A DNA stretch of 64,000 nucleotides from an uncultured Planctomycetaceae bacterium (GCA_963833985.1 CAWIAD010000002.1:3968001-4032000); one strand, 5' to 3'; counted from the stretch's first letter, positions 1 through 10,990 are shown. A program made the numbers and translations. Notes: a model not told the origin generated them from the sequence alone.

Positions 1-1002
1 CGCGCCGAGTTCTCGCCGATGCCGCCGGTGAAGGCGATCACATCGGCACCGTCCAGTTCGACGAGGAAGGCTCCCAGATAGTGACGGATCGAGCCGATGA
101 AGATCTCGATGGCCAGCTCCGCGCACGCGTCGCCGGCTGCCTCGGCCGCCTCGATATCGCGGAGGTCGCGTGCGGAGCAGAGGCCTTCGAGTCCCGATCG
201 GTTCGCCAGGATATCAAGAATCTCTTCCAGGCTCTTGCCGGTCTCGCGGAGCAGAACGGGCAGGGCAAAGACGTCGAAGTCGCCGACCCGGTTGTTGTGA
301 GGCAGGCCGGACTGCGGGCTCATGCCCAGGCTGCACGCCACCGAGCGGCCGTTGCGAATGGCCGCCAGCGACGAGCTCCCACCCAGGTGGCAGGAGATGA
401 TCCGGATCTCGGTGCGGCCTACGAGTTCGGGCACGCGCCAGGAGATGTAACGATGGCTGGCCCCGTGGAAACCCCAGCGGCGGATGCCCAGCTCCGTCGC
501 CCAGGCTTCGGGGATGGCATAGCGCTGGTTGGATTCCGGGATTGTGCGGTGAAAGCCGGTCTCGAACGCGGCCACCAGTGGCAGCTCCGGAAACCGCTCG
601 CGGAGCATCCGCATGGCCTTCGTGTAGGGCGGATTGTGCGCGGGTGCGACGTCGGCGAAGGCCTCCATCGCCGCCAGCACGTGGTCGTCAACTCGATGGA
701 CGCCGGTCAGGTTGCGGGCGTGGACGGCCTTGAAGCCGATGGCCGCCACGTCGCTGGGGCTCGCCAGCACGCCGATCTCGGGATCGGTGAGCTGGTCGAG
801 ACAGAGTTGCACTGCGTCGCCGTGGTCGCCGATGGGCCGGTCGAGCGAGCGCTCGCCGCGCACCGACTTGACGACGATGCGGGCCATCGGGCCGCCAATC
901 CGCTCGATGGCCCCGCGCCAGCACCGGCTCGGCCGGGTCTCCCAGGTCGAAGAGCCGGTACTTGAAGCTGGTGGATCCCAGGTTGGCGACGAGCATCTTC
1001 AC
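1..1002 (-). CDS. ackA: Acetate/propionate kinase of the microcompartment locus; 3' end outside window, frameshift near 910
   Basis: N-terminus MKMLVANLGSTSFKY matches the AckA N.GS.S.K motif. After a shift in a G run the minus frame continues with AIGFKAVH and YGFHGASHRY. Sits in the BMC operon. Confidence 0.85.
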
Positions 1003-1286
1003 CGCGACGATCCTCCCAGGAAGACCTGGACGACGGCCGGGTCGGGGCGAGGGATGACGTGGGCGGCCCGCAACTCGCCGATGCGTGCCGCGGCCTCGGC
1101 GCCGGCTTCCACGGCGGCTCGAACACTGCTGACGTCGCCACGGACCATGACGCTGACGACACCGCCGTCGAGCTTCATGACCGAGCTCGCCAGCTCGACG
1201 GTGGCCGCCTTGAGCATGGCGTCGACCGCACCGATCAGGCCGATGAGTCCCATGGTCTCGATCAGGCCCAGCGCGTTACCGTTCAT
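999..1286 (-). CDS. BMC-H hexameric microcompartment shell protein
   Basis: ALGLIET..G...A.DAMLKAA.VEL...RGDV.SV.AAVEAG..AA...GEL...HVIPRP, the Pfam BMC signature. Confidence 0.95.
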   Translation of the reverse strand: MNGNALGLIETMGLIGLIGAVDAMLKAATVELASSVMKLDGGVVSVMVRGDVSSVRAAVEAGAEAAARIGELRAAHVIPRPDPAVVQVFLGGSSR

Positions 1287-1304
1287 GCGTGTTGCTCCCT
1301 TCGA

Positions 1305-1628
1305 TCAGCCCAGGAAGGTTGCCAGAACGGCCGCATCGGGACGGGGAATGACGTGGGCGCTGACAAGCTCGCCCACGCGGCTGGCCGCTTCGGCGCCGGC
1401 CTCGACCGCGGCGCGGACGCTGCCGACGTCGCCTCGTACCAGCGTGGTCACGAAGCCGCCACCAACCTGAACCCGTCCGCCCAGGTGCACATTGGCGGCC
1501 TTGAGCATCGCGTCGGTGGCCTCGATCATGCCCACCAGGCCCTTGGTCTCGATCAGTCCCAGCGCCTCGCCGGCGGTGCCGTTACGCAAGGAGTTCGTTC
1601 GCGAAACCGGTTTTTCAAGCGTCGCCAT
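1305..1628 (-). CDS. BMC-H shell protein with short N-terminal extension
   Basis: [27 protein letters not shown]...GGG.V...VRGDVGSV...HVIPRP; start taken at MATLEK. Confidence 0.93.
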   Translation of the reverse strand: MATLEKPVSRTNSLRNGTAGEALGLIETKGLVGMIEATDAMLKAANVHLGGRVQVGGGFVTTLVRGDVGSVRAAVEAGAEAASRVGELVSAHVIPRPDAAVLATFLG

Positions 1629-1632
1629 CGTC

Positions 1633-1977
1633 TCAGGCTCCGTCGTTCTTGGGGGTCTTGGAGGAAGAGGAAACCGCCTGGGCTGTCGCGGACCTGGTGA
1701 AGGCAAGCACGCCGGCCAGGTCTTCGTGCGGACGGGGGATGACCTGCACGCTCACCACCTCGCCGATGCGGCTGGCCGCGGCCGCGCCGGCGTCCACAGC
1801 CGCCTTCACCGCGGCGACGTCGCCGGCCACGAACGCCGTCACCAGGCCGCTGCCAATCTTGTCCCAGCCAACCAGCTCCACGTTGGCCGCCTTGAGCATC
1901 GCGTCGCTGGCTTCCACGAGCGCGACAAAGCCCTTCGTCTCGATCATTCCCAGTGCTTCAATTGCTGCTGAGGCCAC
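1633..1977 (-). CDS. BMC-H shell protein (PduA/EutM-like)
   Basis: [29 protein letters not shown]...KIGSG...[13 protein letters not shown]...VIPRPH. Confidence 0.95.
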   Translation of the reverse strand: MASAAIEALGMIETKGFVALVEASDAMLKAANVELVGWDKIGSGLVTAFVAGDVAAVKAAVDAGAAAASRIGEVVSVQVIPRPHEDLAGVLAFTRSATAQAVSSSSKTPKNDGA

Positions 1978-2067
1978 GAGAGGCCCTCCTTCCGCGGGTT
2001 GAGGTCAATGGTCGTTGGTTCCGAGCATCGTCATGGTCACAATCCAGAATCTAGAATCAGAATCTGC

Positions 2068-2766
2068 TCATGCTTTCATCAAGGTTACGTTCGTCGCATG
2101 GGCGAGGTCGCAGGCGTTGGCCTCGTCGGTGTCGATGTGCACCTCCAGCTTCCAGTCGGGATGGGTTCGCACTAATAGCCCCTCAAGCGTGGAAGGGCAG
2201 GGGCTGTCCACCCGCATGTTCAGGCGGTCCAGGTGCTTGACGCCGTAGTGCGCGGCGTCCTTCGGCCCCATGTGGACATGCCGCTCGGCCCGGATCACCC
2301 CCTGCGGCAGCACCAGCGAGCCCTTCGGCCCGATGAGCAGGCAGCCGGGCGTCCCCTCGATGTCTCCGGAGAGACGTACCGGTGCGTCGATTCCCACGCT
2401 GATGGCGTCGGTGAAGGCCAGCTCCACCTGGCTGAACTTGCGGCAAGGGCCAAGGATCCGCACGCCTGGAATCATCCGCTGGCGGGTGCCGACCACGGCC
2501 ACGGTCTCGTTGGCCGCGAAATCGGTGTCCTGGTAGAGCCGGCGCATCGCGGTCAGCTCGTAGCCAGGGCCGAAGAGCGTGTCCACATCGGCCTGGGTGA
2601 GATGGCAATGCCGGGCCGAGATATTGACCACCAGCTTTGGCTGGCTGGCCTGGTGCCGTGCGCGGCTCTGGCCGTCGCCGTTGGACGACACCCCTGCGCC
2701 AATCTGATTGACAAGGATGGATCGGACCAGCGACTCGACGTGGTCACGGGTTGCCAGTGCGCTCAT
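2068..2766 (-). CDS. pduL: Phosphate propanoyltransferase PduL
   Basis: VNISARHCHL, RILGPCRKFSQVE, APVRLSGDIEGTPG, GVIRAERHVHM and HIDTDEANA are PduL (PTAC) motifs. Confidence 0.95.
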   Translation of the reverse strand: MSALATRDHVESLVRSILVNQIGAGVSSNGDGQSRARHQASQPKLVVNISARHCHLTQADVDTLFGPGYELTAMRRLYQDTDFAANETVAVVGTRQRMIPGVRILGPCRKFSQVELAFTDAISVGIDAPVRLSGDIEGTPGCLLIGPKGSLVLPQGVIRAERHVHMGPKDAAHYGVKHLDRLNMRVDSPCPSTLEGLLVRTHPDWKLEVHIDTDEANACDLAHATNVTLMKA

Positions 2767-3599
2767 TCCTGGGTCCTCATGGTCGCGGTGCGTGGGGGCT
2801 CGGAGACGGAGTCGCCGTTCGAGTGCTCCGGCACGAGCAGAGGGGCGACATGGACCTGAAGGCCCACGGCCTCAAGCATGCCTCGGTCTTCAGCGCCGAG
2901 GCCGGGATCGGTCACCAGGCGCTGAACCTCATTCAAGGCGCAGAGCCGGGCCAGTGCCAGCCGGCCAAACTTCGTGGAGTCGGCGACGATGACCACTTCC
3001 TGTCCGCAGGCCATCATCTGGCGTTCGGTCTCAACCAGCAGCAGGTTCGAGTTGTAGACGCCGTCGGCCATGATGCCGCCGGCGCCAAGGATCGCCTTGC
3101 GCACCCGGATGCCCTGCATCGTCACGATGGCCAGGGGCCCGAGCGCCACGCCCGTGCGGGGATAGATGTAGCCGCCAATCAAGATCAGGTCCGTCTGCTG
3201 GCTCGAGGCCAGAAGCTGAGCAATCGGCAAACTGTTGGTGACCACCTGAAGCCGGCGTCCCGCCAGCGCACGGGCGACCTCCAGGGTCGTTGTGCCGCCG
3301 TCCAGCAAGACGGTGTCGCCGTCCTCGAGCAGCGCGGCCATCGCCCGGCCGATGGCCTGCTTTTGCAGCAGTGCCGTCTCCGCCCGGTCCTCGAGCGCCG
3401 GCATCGCGCGGACCTCGCCCGAGTAAACCGCCCCGCCATGCGTCCGCTTCACCGAACCGGCCAGGTCGAGGGCCTCCAGATCACGCCGGACCGTGCTCTC
3501 GGAAACGCGCAGCGTCCGCACCAGCTCGTCCAGGGTCGCAAAGCCCTGCCTGCTGACCAGCTCCAGAAGGCGTTGACGGCGCGTCTCAACGAGCATCAT
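2763..3599 (-). CDS. DeoR/GlpR family transcriptional regulator
   Basis: HTH VSESTVRRDL..L, RTHGGA, LDGGTTT, VVTNSL, ADSTKFG; first gene of the PVM locus. Confidence 0.95.
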   Translation of the reverse strand: MMLVETRRQRLLELVSRQGFATLDELVRTLRVSESTVRRDLEALDLAGSVKRTHGGAVYSGEVRAMPALEDRAETALLQKQAIGRAMAALLEDGDTVLLDGGTTTLEVARALAGRRLQVVTNSLPIAQLLASSQQTDLILIGGYIYPRTGVALGPLAIVTMQGIRVRKAILGAGGIMADGVYNSNLLLVETERQMMACGQEVVIVADSTKFGRLALARLCALNEVQRLVTDPGLGAEDRGMLEAVGLQVHVAPLLVPEHSNGDSVSEPPRTATMRTQE

Positions 3600-3786
3600 C
3601 GGCTCATTCTTGGAAGATAACGGTCCTGGTTGCTCATTCCAGTTTCCACTATACGCCAGAAGCTGTCAACACTGTGAGAATTTTTGAAGGACTATGCGTG
3701 AAGATGACCGATTGGCGCCGATTTGCCTGAAACAGGAGATGGCTGGTACGATGAGCTGGTCCTTTTGCTTTGCCTGGAGTGTGAGG

Positions 3787-4653
3787 ATGCCAGAGCTTCC
3801 CGAGGTGGAAACGATGGTCCGGGGCCTACGGCCGGCCCTGGTCGGCCGGCTGATCGAGCGCATCGAGGTCCACGATCCCTACCTGATCCAGGGTTGCGGC
3901 GCCATCGAGTTCGAGAACCGCGGCCGGATGGTGCAGGTCGCCGAAGTCATCCGCCGCGGCAAGTGGGTTGGAATCACCCTCGCTGATTCCCGGGGGATGA
4001 TCGTCATCCAGCCGCGGATGACTGGAGGGTTTTGGCTCGTCGCCCCCCCCAGAGATGAGCATATTCGCCTCACATTCCGGTTGGCGAATCCGGATGCGTC
4101 GGTCTGGTATTGCGACACGCGGAGGCTGGGCAAGATTCACTGGTTCGACGGGCTCGAGCCGGCCGAGCTGGCGTTCGCCAGATCTCACGGGCCCGATGCG
4201 CTCGCGATCACGCTGGAGGAGCTCACGGCCCGGCTGCGGCGCACCCTGCGCGGCATCAAGCCGGCGCTCATGGACCAGAAGTTGCTTGCGGGGATTGGCA
4301 ATATCTACGCGGACGAGATCCTCTTCGCCGCGAGAATCCATCCTCAGCGCACGGCGAGCGGGCTGAGCCGCGCCGAGCTGGTCCGGCTGCATGCGGCGAT
4401 CGGCGAGACGCTCAGGACCGCGATCGTTGCGGAAGGCTCAAGCTTCGATGCTGGCTATCGGACCGTGCTCGGGCTGGAGGGCGGATTCCTCGCCCAGAAT
4501 GCCACCTACGGACGGGAGCAGAAACCCTGCCGCGCGTGCGGCCGCCCGATCGCGAGGATGAGGATGCCCGGGCTCATCGGCCGGTCCACCTACTACTGTC
4601 CGCGCTGTCAACCCTTGCGGCGCGGCAGGGCGAAGAAGACATCCGGCGGATGA
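3787..4653 (+). CDS. mutM: Formamidopyrimidine-DNA glycosylase Fpg/MutM
   Basis: MPELPEVE N-terminus, RRGK, GIGNIYADE (H2TH) and C-terminal zinc finger CRACG...YCPRCQ. Confidence 0.95.
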   Translation: MPELPEVETMVRGLRPALVGRLIERIEVHDPYLIQGCGAIEFENRGRMVQVAEVIRRGKWVGITLADSRGMIVIQPRMTGGFWLVAPPRDEHIRLTFRLANPDASVWYCDTRRLGKIHWFDGLEPAELAFARSHGPDALAITLEELTARLRRTLRGIKPALMDQKLLAGIGNIYADEILFAARIHPQRTASGLSRAELVRLHAAIGETLRTAIVAEGSSFDAGYRTVLGLEGGFLAQNATYGREQKPCRACGRPIARMRMPGLIGRSTYYCPRCQPLRRGRAKKTSGG

Positions 4654-4723
4654 ACCTCGCTGTGGCCGGGCATTCATCGTCCCGGGCGATGGCTCGGTCA
4701 GGGTCCGCGTTCTTCGCTCTGCC

Positions 4724-4936
4724 TCAGCGCGCTGGTCCACGCGACTTGTCGGCGTCGACAAGCCGGCGGACATGGTGCTCGGCCTTGAGCCAGTGATCCA
4801 TGTCGCGTCCCTGAGGCCGGCCTTCCTTCTCCCAGATATAATACGCGGCCGTTGCGATGTCTCGCTGTATCCCGTTCCACCGGGAGGGCTGTGCCGCGGG
4901 CTCGGTATTCCCAGCAGGCTTCTGATCCTTGCTCAT
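4724..4936 (-). CDS. DUF2934-domain small protein
   Basis: IATAAYYIWEKEGRPQGRDMDHWLKAE matches the DUF2934 consensus. Confidence 0.85.
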   Translation of the reverse strand: MSKDQKPAGNTEPAAQPSRWNGIQRDIATAAYYIWEKEGRPQGRDMDHWLKAEHHVRRLVDADKSRGPAR

Positions 4937-5355
4937 TGCGGAACTCCCCGTGTTCAGACGTTGGATGACTCATGATGCATGGGCTGGCGTGCCGTTTTCA
5001 GCGCGCCCGTGATCGGGACCAGGTGGACCTGCGACGTGGCAGGCCCGCCATAGCTCGCCAGGCCCAGTCCCAACAAAAAAAGCCACCCACCCGTTACCCC
5101 TGGGTGCGTGGCCCTCTCGGCCTTCGTTCCGACCCACCGCCCATGAGTGGATCTGCCTGAATCGTACGGGTCCCGGCGGACGTGGTCAATCGGCACGGTT
5201 GCTGACTGCGTCTCGGGCCAGAGAATTCCGGGGTCCTGGGGAGAGTCGCGACGGCACTTGATTTGCAGATTCCTTGATGCGGCAGCCGCGCATCAGCGTT
5301 CCAAGGCTGTGCTGGCATACGGATGATCGCAAGCGTTTACCCACGGAGTCGCATC

Positions 5356-5889
5356 ATGGCAAACATCAAAGACCCCGAGAAGAAAGTGGATGTACCACCC
5401 CGCGGCAGTCGGAATCCTGATCCCATCACCGACGCGCCAGGATCGCACCCCGTGGAGACCGGGATCGGAGCCGCACTCGGCGGCGCTGCCACCGGCGCAG
5501 CGGTTGGCACGGTGGCCGGTCCGGTCGGCACGGCCATCGGCGCGGCCGCCGGGGCGGTTGCCGGCGGCTACGCGGGCAAGGGAGTGGGGGAACTCATTGA
5601 TCCAACCACCGAGGACAACTGGCTGCGCGAGAACTTCTCGTCCCGCCCCTATGCCAAGGAAGGGCGGACCTTCGAGACCTACCGGCCCGCCTATCGCTAC
5701 GGCGCAGAGGCCGAGTCGAAGCACCAGGGCCGCAACTTCGAGGACCTCGAGACTGACCTGGAACGGGACTGGCCCCAGAGCACGGAGCGGGGTTCGATGA
5801 ACTGGCGCGACGCTCGCGAGGCCGTGCGGGACGCATACCACCGCAGTTGCGAGATCCGCAAGAACCGCACCTCTGCCCAGCCACGGTAA
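5356..5889 (+). CDS. Glycine-zipper domain protein (stress-associated hypothetical)
   Basis: GAALGGAATGAAVGTVAGPVGTAIGAAAGAVAGG glycine zipper, followed by W.RENF..RPY...PAYRYG. Confidence 0.8.
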   Translation: MANIKDPEKKVDVPPRGSRNPDPITDAPGSHPVETGIGAALGGAATGAAVGTVAGPVGTAIGAAAGAVAGGYAGKGVGELIDPTTEDNWLRENFSSRPYAKEGRTFETYRPAYRYGAEAESKHQGRNFEDLETDLERDWPQSTERGSMNWRDAREAVRDAYHRSCEIRKNRTSAQPR

Positions 5890-5975
5890 AGGCCGTGTCG
5901 CCGATGGGAACCGAAGGCCGCGACGCGCACCGCCTGGTGGCTCACCGCCGCGTCGCGGCGTTCCCCGGTCTTTCA

Positions 5976-8600
5976 TCACTTCCCGGCACGCGCATCGCTC
6001 CTGGTGAGCTGGTGGACGACCGGCTTCGTTCCACCCTTCTTGAGCGCGGCGTCCCTGATCGCCAGGTCTTTGTGCTCGGCTTCCGTGGGCGCCGCGTTCT
6101 TGAGCGCGGTGTTCTCGGCTGGCGTCTTCTGCTCGTGATTCGCGGGGGGCTGGCAGGGCTGGCTGGGGTCGGAACGGGCAGGGCGCATGCGGATCAGGAG
6201 ATGATTGGACACCCCGTTGGGTGTGGCGACGCTGATATCCAGGAGCGGAACGCCGTCCGCGCCCGGTGAGGGGCGGGAGTCCCTGGAGATAGTCACCTCC
6301 AGGATATTGCGGCTCACCAGCACCTGGCTCGCGCTCTTGCCGCCGGCAATCACGTGCGTGTCATGCACGCTGAAGTTCTTGCCCTCGATGAGGATGGTCG
6401 ATTCCTCGCCTTCCTCCGGTGGTGGCCCGTGCCAGGCCAGCAGCGCGGGGCGAAGCTGACCGCCCTGCGAGCAGAAGATGCGCGAGTCATTGTTGTTGTC
6501 CGCGTACGGCACCTGCACGACAAGCCGCTGGGTGGGCATCAAGCTCTTGAGCTGATTGAGCCGTTCCAGGGCGATCTGGTATTCCTCGGGGCGATACTGG
6601 CCCTCGATCCTGGCCCGTGTCAGAGCGCTCTCGGCCGCGACGAGCTTGCGCGACAGCGTCGAGGCTTTTTCCAGGTCCGACTTCTGACCGTCGCCGACCT
6701 CGCTGGTGCGGAACCAGTTGGCCACGGTGATGAACTCGATCTTGGGGACAAAGTTCGGCATCACGATCAGCGCCGTGCATTCTCGTTGACCGGGCTCGAT
6801 GCTCTGCTCCTTGCCAGTCGGATCGGGGAACCGCCCGTTCAAAAGCAGAGCGACGTCGGTGAGCAGGCGGCCGTCGCGCAGCCGGGTCTGGATGCGGGGA
6901 TAGAAGATCCAGCCGAAGGAGCGTTCACCGGCTCCGAATCCCACCATGGTCGGGTTCAGGCGGATGGCGTTCTCGTCTTCGACCCGGCCGCGTTCAGAAG
7001 CCAGGGCGACCGAGGCCAGACCACTGATCGCACGGAGCGGCCCGACGGGCGATGCCGCACCCAGCTCAAGGGCAGACTGGGTGCGCCGGCCGAAACCGTC
7101 AGCCACGTTCTGCTGTGCGATCACCGGCTCGATCGCGTAGACGCGGAGCGGCCATTTCGCGTCGACATAGCGCTCGAACAAGAGCATCGCCCCCTGGGAG
7201 GGCTCTGTCTCGAAGAAGCTGACCCTCCTGAGGTCCGCCAGCTTCAGGGTCGGGTCCTGGTCGGCCATGTCCTGCTTGAGACGCCGGTTCACGGCTGCGG
7301 CCTGAACCTTCAGCGCATAGCCCAGAAAGGCTGAGGTACGCCGGCGATGGGCGCCTGTGGTATCGGCCTCGGTCTGAAGCGAAGTTCCGCCGGCCCTCAG
7401 AACCTGCTTGTCCTGGTTGCCGGACGCCTGCAAGCGGGCGAGCTTGGTGTAATCGCGGCGCGTGACCATGTCGCCGATCTCCTCGAGCGGATCGTAGGTG
7501 GCAACGCGCTGGCCCTGCCGCTCGGGTGTGGCCGCCTCCTCCAGCAAATGGTACGAGACTTCAAGCTCGCCGCGCAGCCAGTCAGCGATCCGCGTGTTGC
7601 GGTGGTGCGGTTCGTCGGCCAGATCCTTCGCCAGGAGCCGTTCGGCCTCAGCCCGTAACAGGCTTGTGCTTTGTGTTCCGTAGAAAACCTCGGTATCCGC
7701 ATAGGAGATCAAGGAGAACGAGCCTGCAAGTGCTCCGTTGGACGGCTCACCTCCCGGCTTCGCGGCCTCGCCGATGGCCTGCGTGAGGTTATTGACGGTC
7801 TCGTTGATGACCGCGCTGCGCAGGGTATTTCGCAAGGTGTCCCTGGTCATGAGGGACTTCGCCGAGACCGTGATGATTGCGCCCTTGCCGCGCCGGCTCT
7901 TGGGACCGGGAGAGAGCGTTACCGGAATCCGCACCAGGTAGAGTCCGTAACCCGGCCGGTCGGTGAGATCATCGCCCGCGTTGATTCTCCGTAACTGGTT
8001 GAGGTGGTTCAAATAATTCGAGTGCTCGTCGAGCACGACGGTGGGTTCCAGGGCCACGGCCATGCGGTCAGGCGGGAGCGCGGCCACCGTCGCGGCCACG
8101 GCGGGCGTCGGTGCCGGTTTGGCGGCGGAGCCGGGGGCCGTGGCGGGTCCCGACGAGGCGGTGCCACCCGGCTCCGGCACGCTCAGCGATGTTCCCAGGA
8201 TCAAGCGCCGGGTCTCGCTCTCGCTGCGGCGGATCGATGCATTGACATCGCTCTTGTAGCCCGTCTTGAGCCATTCGGAGAGCTGGGCCTCGTATTCCGA
8301 CCGGAACTTCGCAAGCCGATCCTGGCCCCAGACATCGGGCGACTTCACCCCGATGGTTCCGTTCGACGTGAGCATCCGGTCAAGGTCGTCGATCATCTGC
8401 TCGGCGTCCGGAAACCGAACCTCGTCCGCGAGCGGGCGCGTGTTGCCCGCGTGCTTGCCGTCGTGGATGTTCTGTGTTCCCACGCAGGCCATTCCGCCAG
8501 GCAAGATCGCAAGCAGCAACAGCAATCTCAAGGTCGTGTACGAGAGCACCTGTCCACGGGTTATCATGGGAGCCTCGGGTGCGGGCCGGTCCGCGCACAT
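5976..8600 (-). CDS. Large secreted or lipoprotein-like hypothetical protein with possible C-terminal IPT/TIG-like domain
   Basis: 874-aa ORF with normal composition. Hydrophobic LLLLLAILPGGMAC signal. C-terminal ILIEGKNFS...VIAGG...ISVATPNGVSN resembles IPT/TIG. Confidence 0.7.
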   Translation of the reverse strand: MCADRPAPEAPMITRGQVLSYTTLRLLLLLAILPGGMACVGTQNIHDGKHAGNTRPLADEVRFPDAEQMIDDLDRMLTSNGTIGVKSPDVWGQDRLAKFRSEYEAQLSEWLKTGYKSDVNASIRRSESETRRLILGTSLSVPEPGGTASSGPATAPGSAAKPAPTPAVAATVAALPPDRMAVALEPTVVLDEHSNYLNHLNQLRRINAGDDLTDRPGYGLYLVRIPVTLSPGPKSRRGKGAIITVSAKSLMTRDTLRNTLRSAVINETVNNLTQAIGEAAKPGGEPSNGALAGSFSLISYADTEVFYGTQSTSLLRAEAERLLAKDLADEPHHRNTRIADWLRGELEVSYHLLEEAATPERQGQRVATYDPLEEIGDMVTRRDYTKLARLQASGNQDKQVLRAGGTSLQTEADTTGAHRRRTSAFLGYALKVQAAAVNRRLKQDMADQDPTLKLADLRRVSFFETEPSQGAMLLFERYVDAKWPLRVYAIEPVIAQQNVADGFGRRTQSALELGAASPVGPLRAISGLASVALASERGRVEDENAIRLNPTMVGFGAGERSFGWIFYPRIQTRLRDGRLLTDVALLLNGRFPDPTGKEQSIEPGQRECTALIVMPNFVPKIEFITVANWFRTSEVGDGQKSDLEKASTLSRKLVAAESALTRARIEGQYRPEEYQIALERLNQLKSLMPTQRLVVQVPYADNNNDSRIFCSQGGQLRPALLAWHGPPPEEGEESTILIEGKNFSVHDTHVIAGGKSASQVLVSRNILEVTISRDSRPSPGADGVPLLDISVATPNGVSNHLLIRMRPARSDPSQPCQPPANHEQKTPAENTALKNAAPTEAEHKDLAIRDAALKKGGTKPVVHQLTRSDARAGK

Positions 8601-8922
8601 CGGCGGACATCGAGAAGTGAGATCGGATCGGGTTTGCCGGTCAGTCCAGCAAATCCGCGGTGAGGTGCGCGGATTGTAAAAATGACCTCAAGATTGGAAG
8701 GCACAAGCGGCGACGACGCACCCACCGGCGCGCACCGCACGGGCCTCCACCTCCACTTTCAACACGGTCTGGCCGTGCGCGCGATTTCGAGTAGGGTGAA
8801 GCTTCCTTTTTCAGAGCGACGGCGGAGCCGGGCGGATTCCGGGCAGAGGATGCTCGCTGGCATCGCGACACCGGTGCCGCGGGCTTCGGCGGAGCCGGGA
8901 GCCAGGTCGAGGACCACGATCG

Positions 8923-10845
8923 GTGTCCTATCGCAGCTTCAAGCACCTGCTCGGCGAGACCAGCCTGGAGCGCAAGTGCCGCTTCATCTTCGGGCTGGGG
9001 ATCTTTCTGCTGGTCACGTTCAGCTTTCTACTCTACGGCGTCAAGACAGAGAGCCTGGTGAAGAAGCAGACCACCCAGACGGCGCGCATGCTCGTCAACC
9101 CGACGCTCATGAACATCCACTACAAGCAGCTCGGGAACGACCGGTTCGAGTCCATCATCGATGTTCTCTGGGGCGGTCTCAGGCCGCTCGACGATCTGCC
9201 CGACTTCGAGCCCCGGATCCTCAACCCGTATACGCGCCAGGGACTCCAAGAAGCAGCCCCAGGACGAGTTCGAGAAGTCTGCCCTGGCGCGCTTCGTGGA
9301 AGCGGCCGCGGCCTCCGACGATGATGCGCTGCGGCGTGCGGGCAAGCCCCAGGACCGGCCCTACTATTTCGCGGACGGCACGCCGATGTGGTTGGAGGGG
9401 ATCAACAAGGCCAGGAAGGAATATCAGTATATTCAGGCCGTGACATTCAAGTCGTCCTGTCTCATGGACTGTCATAGCAAGGAACGAGAGAGCACGAGAC
9501 CGCGGGGAGCCAGGATGATGAGACCGAGCACCTGGACAACCACCTGATGCGCCCTGCCGGCGACGGCCAGCACTGGGTCCCCACGAAGGCGGGCGACCTG
9601 GCCGGCGCGGTGGTGGTCCACGTTCCGATGGAAGCCACCGATAAGGCCATCATCACCAACCGGGCAATGCTCATCACCGCGGCGCTGGTGACGGCGATCC
9701 TGGCGATGATTTGCTCGGCCATGATCGTCCGCTATGTCATCGTCAAGCCCGTGAAGCACTTGCGTGACGTCTCCGATGCCATCGCGGCGGGCCGGCTGAA
9801 CATCCGCAGCCAGATCCAGACCGGCGACGAGTTCGAGGACCTCTCGCACGCCTTCAACCGGATGCTGCATAACCTGGTCGCCATGCAGCAGGAGCTGCGC
9901 GACGTCAACGGCGACCTCGACCGCAAGGTGGACGAGCTGGCTCAGGCGAACATGGCGCTCTACGAGATGAACCGGATCAAGAGCGATTTCCTGGCGACGA
10001 TGAGCCACGAGCTGCGCACGCCCCTGAACTCGATCATCGGCTTCTCCGAGGTCCTCTCCGGCAGCGATGCGCTGGGAGAGCGGCAGCGGCGCTACGCCAG
10101 CAACATCCAGACGTCCGGCAAGATGCTTCTGGGCATGATCAACGACATCCTCGACCTGGCCAAGATTGAGAGTGGCAAGATGGAGGTCCGGGTCGAGGAC
10201 TTCTCGATCCGCGATGTATGCGAGGGCGTGGCCAACCTGACGCGGCCCATGGCCGACCGCAAGAACATCGCCCTGGAGTGCCGGCTGGACGAGGCGATCC
10301 CCCTCTTGCGGCAAGATCCCGGCAAGGTCCGCCAGATCCTTTACAACCTGCTTTCCAACGCGATCAAGTTCACTCCCGAGGGGGGGCGTGTGACCCTGCG
10401 TGCCCGCGCCGAAGGGCGCAACGTGGTGCTCGAGGTGGAAGACACCGGCATCGGCATCGCCGAGGAGGATCGCGAGACCGTCTTCGAGAAGTTCCGTCAG
10501 GCCAAGGTGCCCGGCCAGGAAGACAACGTGCTCACGCGCGAGCACCAGGGGACCGGGTTGGGGCTATCGATCGTGCGCGAGCTCACCCGGCTCCTGGGCG
10601 GCGAGATCCATTTGAAGAGCGAGCTTGGACAGGGGAGCACGTTCACCATCCGGCTCCCTCTCCAGCTACCCGGCAATCGCAAGTTTGATGTGGCTCTCTC
10701 CGACGAGGCGATCGACCTCTCCAAGGCACGCCGCGTTGAGACTCCGACACCAACCCCGCACCTGCTGATCGGCCGGCGCCAGCCCGCTGCAAATGGGCCG
10801 CCGGGGCATACCCGCGGCCGGGAGCGCAACCCCTCGGCACCCTGA
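8923..10845 (+). CDS. Membrane sensor histidine kinase (periplasmic sensor, HAMP, HisKA, HATPase); frameshifts near 9235 and 9500
   Basis: TM1 in ORF 8923, sensor segment in ORF 9161. ORF 9547 carries TM2, HAMP (GDEFEDLSHAFNRM), FLATMSHELRTPLN, NLLSNAIKFT, DTGIGI and GTGLGL. Confidence 0.88.
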
Positions 10846-10990
10846 ACCGCATGCGATGCGCCTTCGGCATGGCCGCCAAACCTTGACCCGGCCCGCCACC
10901 CTGACATCCTGAGCTCTAGCCTCTGAGAATGGCCTTCAACCATCGATCACACCCGGACCAGCATCGTGGCTCTCTCTCCTGGTTGACGGA

